From NCBI GenBank assembly GCA_044234345.1, contig JBIIIW010000001.1:1766-65765 (forward strand): DNA of 64,000 nt, in the 5' to 3' direction. The position numbers and the translations under genes are program-made. Shown here piece after piece: positions 50,245 through 57,785 of the stretch (the first letter of the stretch is position 1; every line of letters begins with the position of its first letter). The notes under the pieces were generated by a model. That model ran no database searches, was not told the DNA's origin, and worked only from the letters and a program-made list of their open reading frames with translations. This stretch comes from Minisyncoccia bacterium (lineage in GTDB: Bacteria > Patescibacteriota > Minisyncoccia > Phycocordibacterales > PALSA-1337).

Positions 50245-50388
50245 TTATTTACGTCTCTTTGGACGTTGACGGCGTCTCCTGCAACCTAGATTTTTGAGCG
50301 AGTCTTCTATCGCCCTCATTCTCTGGCTACAAAAAGTAGCACGCTGAATTAAGAGTTGTCCAATTAGGGGTAGTGTGTTTGCACTCAT
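50245..50388 (-). CDS. Small basic peptide (47 aa)
   Basis: MSANTLPLIG...GCRRRRQRPKRRK; stop directly precedes hairpin 50215-50241. Confidence 0.45.
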   Translation of the reverse strand: MSANTLPLIGQLLIQRATFCSQRMRAIEDSLKNLGCRRRRQRPKRRK

Positions 50389-50427
50389 ATCCTCAATAAC
50401 TCTACACCTAAAAGTATTTATCGTAAA

Positions 50428-50655
50428 CTACTTCCCCATCACCTTCTTCAACTCATCCTGATGACTCTGCATTACTTGCATCATAGCATCTTGCTGATTC
50501 ATCCCTCCCTTTACCTTCTCCTGTACTTCCTCAGCAATCTTCATAAAGAAATCTGGATTCTTCTCGATCATAGCAAATATCTGATCTTGTTGTTCCTGAG
50601 GGATATCCTTTAACTGCTTCTTTAGCATTTGTTTTAGTAGAAAATTTTGAAACAT
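50428..50655 (-). CDS. Small Gln/Met-rich hypothetical protein
   Basis: 75 aa, core-like codon usage, downstream of zwf. Confidence 0.75.
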   Translation of the reverse strand: MFQNFLLKQMLKKQLKDIPQEQQDQIFAMIEKNPDFFMKIAEEVQEKVKGGMNQQDAMMQVMQSHQDELKKVMGK

Positions 50656-50677
50656 AAAATTTAAATTTAATTAATAG

Positions 50678-52051
50678 CTATATTACCTCTTTTGTACCCT
50701 TCTTGTATATAGTAAGTGGTACTGTATTCCATGATGATATTACTGAAGTAATATACTTCCATGCATGGAGCACTTCATCTGTACTTGTAAACAATGTTTG
50801 ATCTCCAATTATGGCATCATAGAGCACTCTCTCATATGCATCTGGTAATACTGAATGTGATTCGTAATCACTGTACTTAAACTTAAGTACTTTAGGCTCT
50901 ACATCCATAGTGAAGCCTGGTGTCTTTACCCAGAATCCAATCTTAATTAGTTCATCTGGTTGTATTCGAAATGTTAGTACATTCTGCTTACCTTCCCCAT
51001 CTCCTCCTTTGAAGTATATGTTGATTTCTGTCTTAGTTTCTGACATTTCTTTACCGCTCTCGATATAGAAAGGAACATTCTTCCATCTAGCGTTATCAAT
51101 ATATGACTCGATTCTGAAGTATGTTTCTGTCTGAGTATATTCCTTTACTCCTGACTCATGTCTGTATCCTTCATATTGTCCTCGTACAACCTTAGATTGT
51201 ATGTTGCGTGGAGTAAACATCTGGAGGTGTGAGAGTGCACGAGCTCTCTCCTTACGTATACATTCAGCATTCATGTGTAGTGGAGGTTCCATTGCAACTA
51301 TAGCGAGCATTTGAAGCACATGATTCTGTCCTACATCCTTAAGTGCACCAATTGCATCATAGAATGATCCTCTACTACCTATACCAATCTTCTCTGTTAA
51401 CTTTATATGTACCTTCTCTATATGGTTCTTGTTCCATAGAGGTTCAAACAGTGAGTTAGCAAAACGGAAGGTAAGGATATTCTGTAATGCTTCCTTTGCT
51501 AGATAGTGATCGATTCTAAATATCTGATTTTCATCGAATAGCTCTGCTAGTTTCTTGTCGAGCTTCTTTGCAGTCTCTATATCATTACCAAATGGCTTCT
51601 CAACAAGTACACGAGTCCATCCTTCATTTCCTCCACAAGGTATTGTAAGTCCTGAATTGTGTAGATGAATGAATATTGATTCGTATAGAGATGGAGGAGT
51701 TGATAGGTGGAAGAGTTTGTTTGAACATTGTCCAAAACCATCATCAATATTTTTCAATCTCTGTGCTAATTGAGCATATGATTGTGATGAATCGAAATTA
51801 CCTTGCTCATAATATATATGATCAATGAAGTGCTTAACATCCTCTTCTTTGTATGTACCCGGTTTAACATTTATATGCTCTCTTACGAATGTTCTAAACT
51901 CTTCTCTTGTGAATGGTCGTCTTGAGAATCCTACGATAGCGAACTTATTAGGTAGCTCCTTCTTTACATACAAGCTCAAAAGGGCTGGTAATAGCTTACG
52001 ACCAGCTAGATCTCCTGTTATTCCTAGTATTATAAATATTGTAGGTGTCAT
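50678..52051 (-). CDS. zwf: Glucose-6-phosphate 1-dehydrogenase
   Basis: GITGDLA, EKPFG, RIDHYLAKE, DVGQNH, AYERV. Confidence 0.96.
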   Translation of the reverse strand: MTPTIFIILGITGDLAGRKLLPALLSLYVKKELPNKFAIVGFSRRPFTREEFRTFVREHINVKPGTYKEEDVKHFIDHIYYEQGNFDSSQSYAQLAQRLKNIDDGFGQCSNKLFHLSTPPSLYESIFIHLHNSGLTIPCGGNEGWTRVLVEKPFGNDIETAKKLDKKLAELFDENQIFRIDHYLAKEALQNILTFRFANSLFEPLWNKNHIEKVHIKLTEKIGIGSRGSFYDAIGALKDVGQNHVLQMLAIVAMEPPLHMNAECIRKERARALSHLQMFTPRNIQSKVVRGQYEGYRHESGVKEYTQTETYFRIESYIDNARWKNVPFYIESGKEMSETKTEINIYFKGGDGEGKQNVLTFRIQPDELIKIGFWVKTPGFTMDVEPKVLKFKYSDYESHSVLPDAYERVLYDAIIGDQTLFTSTDEVLHAWKYITSVISSWNTVPLTIYKKGTKEVI

Positions 52052-52054
52052 ATT

Positions 52055-52180
52055 TTAGAAACCTTCTCCCCACTTCTCCCATTTTGGGAAATATACTGTT
52101 GAGATGAATACACAAGGGAGTATGAATACTCCAGATATTACCCAAAGTGAAAAACTAACTATTTTAGTTATTGCTTCCAT
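52055..52180 (-). CDS. Small membrane protein (41 aa) between ppa and zwf
   Basis: MEAITKIVSFSLWVISGVFILPCVFISTVYFPKWEKWGEGF fills the gap almost exactly. Confidence 0.6.
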   Translation of the reverse strand: MEAITKIVSFSLWVISGVFILPCVFISTVYFPKWEKWGEGF

Positions 52181-52715
52181 TAAATTTCTTTGCGTAAGCT
52201 AGTTGAGCCTTCTTGATTAATTCGTAAGCCTCTTTTGGCCCAAGGAACTTACCAATCTTAACTGTTCCTGGTCCTGTCTGAGGTATCTTGTATGTCTCGA
52301 AGAATGTCTGTAGATCCTTTCTCTCATATGGAGCTAGTTCCTCTACATGTGTAATGTGTGAGTATCTTGGATCCTTGTTGTTTACTGTAATTATCTTAAA
52401 GTCTTCTTCATTGTTATCAATCATTTCTAGGGCTCCGATAACACGACCACGAACAAGTGCACCTGGAACTATTGGGTGAGTGCTAAATACTACTGCATCT
52501 AGAGGATCGTTATCTCCCTCATTCCATGTTGATGGCACATCACAGTAGTTTACTGGGTAATAGAAAGGACCAAAAAGAACGCGGTCAAGTTCGATTATTC
52601 CGTAATCCTTGTTGTACTCATACTTATTTGATTCACCTTGTCGTATTTCTACTATTAGGTTTAATATTTCAGGAGCTTTGTCCTGTGGAATTGAGTGAAA
52701 ATGTGTTTTATTCAT
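52164..52715 (-). CDS. ppa: Inorganic pyrophosphatase, family I
   Basis: KYEY, LDRVL, YPVNY, DNDPLD, FFETYK. Confidence 0.93.
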   Translation of the reverse strand: MNKTHFHSIPQDKAPEILNLIVEIRQGESNKYEYNKDYGIIELDRVLFGPFYYPVNYCDVPSTWNEGDNDPLDAVVFSTHPIVPGALVRGRVIGALEMIDNNEEDFKIITVNNKDPRYSHITHVEELAPYERKDLQTFFETYKIPQTGPGTVKIGKFLGPKEAYELIKKAQLAYAKKFNGSNN

Positions 52716-52753
52716 ATGGCAAGATTGTAGCCTGATTTTGGCGTTTTTACAAG

Positions 52754-53320
52754 TTAGTACTTGCGTACTACACCCTTAACAATTGCACGTATCTTCATAT
52801 CATTCTCAGGATATATTGGTCCGTAATTCTTATTAGCGGCCTCGAGATATACACTGTTACCTCTCTTCCTGAAGTACTTCATTGTCCATCCACCATCTAC
52901 CTCTGCAATTACTATGTCTCCATCCTTAGGATCATCTCTACGTTCCACTATTACTAGATCACCCTCCATAATTCCTTCTTCAATCATTGAGTCACCTTTA
53001 ACCTCAAGTAGGTATGATGACATCCTGTTTTTGATCAAGTAGCTATCTAGGCTTAATTTATCAAGCTCATTCTCTTCAGCTACTGTGGGTATACCAGCCT
53101 CAACTAGTCCAAGTAGGTTAACTTCCTGGAAAAGATTATTGGGTACTATCTTACCTGTACTATCCTTACTTATGACACCTATATCTATTAGCTTATTAAT
53201 TAATTTATATACTGAGTTCTTAGACTTGAAACCAAGAAGAGACATAACCTCAGCATAGCTGGGCATTCTCTTGTTCTTCTCGTAGAAAGAAAATATTTTG
53301 TTTTTATATTCCTCTATCAT
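52754..53320 (-). CDS. lexA: LexA-family repressor
   Basis: wHTH (PSYAEV...GFKSKNSV), Ala-Gly cleavage site (VEAG), GDSM serine, TMK lysine. Confidence 0.9.
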   Translation of the reverse strand: MIEEYKNKIFSFYEKNKRMPSYAEVMSLLGFKSKNSVYKLINKLIDIGVISKDSTGKIVPNNLFQEVNLLGLVEAGIPTVAEENELDKLSLDSYLIKNRMSSYLLEVKGDSMIEEGIMEGDLVIVERRDDPKDGDIVIAEVDGGWTMKYFRKRGNSVYLEAANKNYGPIYPENDMKIRAIVKGVVRKY

Positions 53321-53328
53321 TATTATGA

Positions 53329-53526
53329 TTATAGTACAAAACTTGCAAATACATTAAATGTTCTCTTGAACCAACTTGATTTAGTTGTTTCGTAGAATCC
53401 GTAGAACTGTGATACTAGAAACTTATGTCTTCGAGCTTCTGCCTTGTATGGAAGTCCCTTTATGATTTTAAGATCGATATCATTATTCAATTTCTTTATT
53501 TCTCTAACTAATTGTATTTTACTCAT
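53329..53526 (-). CDS. Small basic hypothetical protein co-transcribed with lexA
   Basis: 65-aa ORF ending 8 nt before lexA. Confidence 0.7.
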   Translation of the reverse strand: MSKIQLVREIKKLNNDIDLKIIKGLPYKAEARRHKFLVSQFYGFYETTKSSWFKRTFNVFASFVL

Positions 53527-53562
53527 ATGTTTTTTAATTAATTTCTCTTATGAATATATTAT

Positions 53563-53582
53563 AGGTGAACAATCGTTCACCT
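53563..53582. promoter_or_regulatory. Probable LexA operator in promoter spacer
   Basis: AGGTGAAC-AATC-GTTCACCT palindrome (GAAC-N4-GTTC core) between TTGCAG and TATAAT on minus strand. Confidence 0.8.
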
Positions 53583-53643
53583 GCAAGAGAAAAGGTGGGG
53601 ATAAGTAAAACCGCATGGGCACTCCATGCGGCTTGTGATTACT

Positions 53644-54540
53644 CTAACCTGCTGCCTCACATACCTTTCTTGCTATAAACGACTCTAGATCTGGGTCTTG
53701 CTCGGCGCTGTCAACATCAATTGCAACTCTGAGCTTCTTGAATGCTGCTGCCTGGATCTGACGAATCCGTTCCCTGGTGACTCCATAGAACTTACCAACC
53801 TCATCCAAGGTCATAGGATCAGAGTCGTCCAGACCGAACCTCAGCGTAAGTATTCTCTGTTCTCTTTTATCGAGTCTGCTTAAATGCTTCCGAAGTAGAC
53901 CAAGAAGATCTGACGATTCAATATCGTCAAATGGCATTTTTGCTGAGTGGTCAGCGAGAATGTCTGCAAGGGAGGTGTTATCGAAATCCCGAACCTGAGC
54001 CTCGAGATGTAAGTTTGGCTGCGCCCACTCAAAAACCATTCTTACATTATCCTCAGTTAGATGCGTTGCCTTTGCAATTTCTGCATGACTTGGTTCATAC
54101 CCGAGTTGCATTTGAAGTTTCTTCTCAGCTTTTCTTATCTTACCGAGACGAATCACCTGGTGAACCGGCATTCTCACATTCCTGACTTGGTTGGCGAGTC
54201 CGCGCTTAATTGATTGTTTGATCCACCACGCAGCATATGTCGATAGTTTCGCACCCTTAGCTGGGTTGAATTTATCAACTGCTCTCATTAGGCCAATATT
54301 GCCTTCGTTGATAAGGTCAACGAGTGGCAAACCGTAGTCGAGGTATTCTCGTGCGATTTTCACCACCAATTTGAGATTGCTTCGAATCATTGTTTCTCTG
54401 GCCTCTTTGTCGCCCATAGCAATTCTTCCTGCCAATGCAGTTTCCTGCTCTGGGGTCAGCAAATCGTGTTGGAGAGCGTCATTGGCATATAGCCTCATGA
54501 GAAAATCGTCGCCATCATCATATGTGCCTTCTTTTGCCAT
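53644..54540 (-). CDS. RpoD/RpoS-type sigma-70 factor lacking region 1.1 (accessory)
   Basis: NLKLVVKIA, DLINEGNIGLMRAVDKF, STYAAWWIKQ, TLDEVG...VTRERIRQIQ. Confidence 0.92.
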   Translation of the reverse strand: MAKEGTYDDGDDFLMRLYANDALQHDLLTPEQETALAGRIAMGDKEARETMIRSNLKLVVKIAREYLDYGLPLVDLINEGNIGLMRAVDKFNPAKGAKLSTYAAWWIKQSIKRGLANQVRNVRMPVHQVIRLGKIRKAEKKLQMQLGYEPSHAEIAKATHLTEDNVRMVFEWAQPNLHLEAQVRDFDNTSLADILADHSAKMPFDDIESSDLLGLLRKHLSRLDKREQRILTLRFGLDDSDPMTLDEVGKFYGVTRERIRQIQAAAFKKLRVAIDVDSAEQDPDLESFIARKVCEAAG

Positions 54541-54649
54541 ATTCGGTGCCTTGTTTGGTTGTTAGAACATTATCTACCTAAAGATTACATCTAATTATGA
54601 GGATTTGTCAAACTATATTGATGGTATAATGTCAGACAGATTAATCGTT

Positions 54650-55168
54650 ATGGATACCAAGTATTCATGTCCAAAAATGTTCAAAGGGGAGGTCGCAAGA
54701 TTCTTCAATGGACAAATACAGTTTAGAACTGTATACGGAGAAGTTTTTCGTGGTAAACCTCTGTCGATTAGATTCGACGAGCATATACACCCGAAAAGGT
54801 TCTTTATCTGGTTTGAATGGTATGTAGCCGTTAGACCAGTTCTTGTTTCATCCAATGGATTGCTTTTCCTTCGTGGGGATAGTGATAGGATTCATAGATC
54901 ATATACAATGTCATTCGACCTGGAGAAGTTCTATTTTCCAAAGTCATACTTTGTTGAAGTGAGAAGGGGAAAAACTGTCTACGTTAAAAGACCAGACAGG
55001 AGGCGAATGAAATGGACAACCTCAGCCAATGACGAAGAATTCAGATTCATCTTGGGTGATGATCATGCGAGACTTGAGTTTAATGGTGATGGAGATCTTG
55101 TCTCGATGTCCCCTGTCACTCTCGAGGAGCATAACAAAGGAGTCCCGACTCCAATTCAGCGACCATAG
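54650..55168 (+). CDS. Hypothetical protein (accessory), divergent from sigma gene
   Basis: ORF after TGGTATAAT; terminator 55172-55199. Confidence 0.65.
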   Translation: MDTKYSCPKMFKGEVARFFNGQIQFRTVYGEVFRGKPLSIRFDEHIHPKRFFIWFEWYVAVRPVLVSSNGLLFLRGDSDRIHRSYTMSFDLEKFYFPKSYFVEVRRGKTVYVKRPDRRRMKWTTSANDEEFRFILGDDHARLEFNGDGDLVSMSPVTLEEHNKGVPTPIQRP

Positions 55169-55334
55169 CAAATCCCGCCAAACAGGCGGGATTCTTTTAT
55201 CCCTCATCCAATCACATTGTCACAAGTTAAATTACAATTAAACTAAAGCAGATATTCCTGCAAATTAAAAACCGCCACCAATTAAGGTGCGCGGTGTGTG
55301 GAGGATGGAGAGTTAAGTATCCTCTTGGTTAAGT

Positions 55335-55997
55335 TTACATAACCATACCATCTTTTGCTTTTCGGAAAACATCTGGTTCATCTAGCTTAATGTCGAGGTC
55401 AGAAGCGAGGGTAACTGCAAACTCTCTAAAGTCACTCTCACATTTCTGGACGTGTATTCCAGTCTCAATTAAACGATTTCTTCCACATTCTTTTCTCCTT
55501 CGTCGCTGATCAAACTCCACTTGCGCCCAGATAGTATTACGTGCCAGTGTTATCGCCATTCCATGAATGTATTTATCATCAATCATGTTGCGATTACTAT
55601 TTCCACGTCTGGCAGGATTTAGTGACAATAGTGACCTCTGTAGATTTTCAAAAACGAGGTCACAAATCTCGATTTCTCTATTCTGTTTATTCCAGTTACT
55701 TTCATTCCTGATGATGAAGACGCAGGTTGGTATGATTGTAAGCAGAAGGCAAACAAAGTAGATGACCATACTGTCCTTCATAGGTGGAAGCAAAAACCAC
55801 TGACACAGAAAAGCAATGGGTATGGTGAGATACAAGAACTTCAATATCTTGCTACAGTTTTCCTTAGTGACTATAGCAGACTCACGAGATTTCCTAAGCT
55901 CCAGCAAACATCTACCGTCATATCTTCGAGCCTCCCATTTTTTGCGAAGGGGCTCTGACATAACACGGAGCATACGCTCAATTTCCTGATCATTCAT
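55335..55997 (-). CDS. Two-TM hypothetical protein (accessory)
   Basis: About 220 aa from ATG 55997, two hydrophobic segments; structured leader. Confidence 0.75.
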   Translation of the reverse strand: MNDQEIERMLRVMSEPLRKKWEARRYDGRCLLELRKSRESAIVTKENCSKILKFLYLTIPIAFLCQWFLLPPMKDSMVIYFVCLLLTIIPTCVFIIRNESNWNKQNREIEICDLVFENLQRSLLSLNPARRGNSNRNMIDDKYIHGMAITLARNTIWAQVEFDQRRRRKECGRNRLIETGIHVQKCESDFREFAVTLASDLDIKLDEPDVFRKAKDGMVM

Positions 55998-56004
55998 CTT
56001 TGAA

Positions 56005-56094
56005 TGCCATAATATGAACTCATGGGGCTTGCAACCCATTTCTACAAGCGGGCAGCCTGTAGAAATACTTCATGTAATTCAGAATAGATAGGCA
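56005..56094 (-). ncRNA. Conserved cloverleaf leader RNA, copy 2
   Basis: Homologous to 28478-28569 with compensatory stem changes; TTGACT-16-TATAGT promoter upstream. Confidence 0.65.
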
Positions 56095-56196
56095 GCTACT
56101 CTGTAATATACTATACAATAGATACTAAAATAGTCAATTTTGTGGACTCTAGTTTTAGTTTTTTGGACTGAAGCGTAAAGGATAATTTACACGATT

Positions 56197-56481
56197 CTAT
56201 CGAGATTTACTAAAAAATATACTGATAATTGTAAGTATAAGTAGAAAGCCTCCTAATAGCACAGAACGATTCATACTCTCACTTATATGATCACCATAGT
56301 AAATAAATTGTGTGGATATAATTATGCCAACAATAAGATAAGATAATCCGAGTATTCGTGCTACTTTCCTCGTGATCTCTCGACTAGATGATACTACTAA
56401 CCGACTATCCTTAAGTAGCTTGAATGCAACATAAAATATAAATGCTATTGGAAGTAAAATAAAAACAAGCAATATTCCCAT
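56197..56481 (-). CDS. Small three-TM membrane protein
   Basis: 94-aa hydrophobic ORF. Confidence 0.6.
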   Translation of the reverse strand: MGILLVFILLPIAFIFYVAFKLLKDSRLVVSSSREITRKVARILGLSYLIVGIIISTQFIYYGDHISESMNRSVLLGGFLLILTIISIFFSKSR

Positions 56482-56526
56482 TTAATTGTATTTAAAAATA
56501 TAATACTTATTATAACACCAATTCTG

Positions 56527-56599
56527 TGGACTCGAGGAGATTCGAACTCCTGACCTTTCGCTTGCAAAGCGATTGCTCTACCAACTGAGCTACGAGCCC
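56527..56599 (-). tRNA. tRNA-Ala(UGC)
   Basis: GGGCTCGTAGCTCAGTTGGTAGAGC...TTTGCAA...GGAGTTCGAATCTCCTCGAGTCCA; G3:U70 pair; CCA not encoded. Confidence 0.96.
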
Positions 56600-56623
56600 G
56601 TATATTTACTAAATGATTCTAAC

Positions 56624-57541
56624 CTATTTTCTAGTTATTGCAAGTCCTATTATATGCTCCAGGAAATGTGATACTGATGCCCCTACTGATGTTAATGATC
56701 TAGCGATAATAGACTTCTCGGAAAGATCTGGATGTGGTGTAGTCCCAACCACAAATACGCCTCTCTTTGGATGTATGACAAAATTAGAATGAGAGTAGTG
56801 TTCCATACCTAATGCCTTGTGTGCACTCTTTGCAATATTCTCAATCTCCTTCTTCTGCTCTGTTGAGAAGCTAGTATTATGTATTTCTTCCATTCCTGTG
56901 TGTTTGTACGGGTCAATTTCAACTGGTGGAAATGCATAGAGCCCTTCCCCTCTGAAATCATCGAGTATGCTACATCCTGCACCTTTACCAGATATATACT
57001 CCTCAATCATAACTGACTTGCTATACTCAAGTGTCTTCTTTATCGCTTCTTCTAGCTCAGGAAAACCCTTAGCTACTGTCATACCACTACCAGAACTAGG
57101 TCTTACGACAACTGGTAAGGGAAACTTTCTAAATACCTCATGTGCTTCCTTGCTTATGTTAACTAGGTTGTCTAATAGTATTGATTGTGGAGTCTTAATT
57201 GCATTCTTCTTAAGTATATCTCTAGATATACTTAAGTTATTGGATGTTGTTGAAGAAAATGATCCAGAACCTGTAAATGGTATTCCATGAGTTTCAAAGA
57301 TATGCTGGATCTTACCGTCGTTTGTATGTAATGCGTTTATAACTATATCAAGACGAGATAGTATGTCATGTGGTTGTGATGGTATACCATGCATATGCCA
57401 TATACCACTCATATCTATTAGAATATCTCTAACATCATATCTATCTGATGAGAGATTCTTAATTATATTTGCTCCAGTTAGCAGAGATTCGGAATATCCA
57501 TTATGTCCACCACGTATTACTCCAATTCGAATCTTATTCAT
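56624..57541 (-). CDS. D-Ala--D-Ala ligase-like ATP-grasp protein (degenerate active site)
   Basis: IGVIRGG, IPFTGSG, FPLPVVVRP, IEEYISG; catalytic motifs altered. Confidence 0.75.
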   Translation of the reverse strand: MNKIRIGVIRGGHNGYSESLLTGANIIKNLSSDRYDVRDILIDMSGIWHMHGIPSQPHDILSRLDIVINALHTNDGKIQHIFETHGIPFTGSGSFSSTTSNNLSISRDILKKNAIKTPQSILLDNLVNISKEAHEVFRKFPLPVVVRPSSGSGMTVAKGFPELEEAIKKTLEYSKSVMIEEYISGKGAGCSILDDFRGEGLYAFPPVEIDPYKHTGMEEIHNTSFSTEQKKEIENIAKSAHKALGMEHYSHSNFVIHPKRGVFVVGTTPHPDLSEKSIIARSLTSVGASVSHFLEHIIGLAITRK

Positions 57542-57570
57542 CTAAATATTATAGCATGCATATTTTATAT

Positions 57571-57762
57571 AAAGAAAAAGGCCGAGTCGCAACACAGAAA
57601 ATGCGACCGGCCCGACGCGGGTATTCTCCCAAAAAGGAGCTTCGCGTATTATACCATGACTCCACCCAGGGGGGACCAAATTTGAAAAAGGTGGTTGATC
57701 GGGTTCTTCTGCAGAACGAACATCGCCTGCGATACCTGTAAGGCCTTCGGAACTTAATCACT
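57571..57762 (-). ncRNA. Candidate structured RNA of about 190 nt
   Basis: TTGCAG-17-TATGGT promoter, GC-rich stems, terminator with U-tract. Confidence 0.45.
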
Positions 57763-57785
57763 GAAAAAACCATACCACAATATAG

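Noticed and set aside
55998-56039. Upstream start (MGCKPHEF...) of the 55335 gene
   Set aside because: That ATG lies within the conserved leader hairpin; ATG 55997 matches the layout of the other copy
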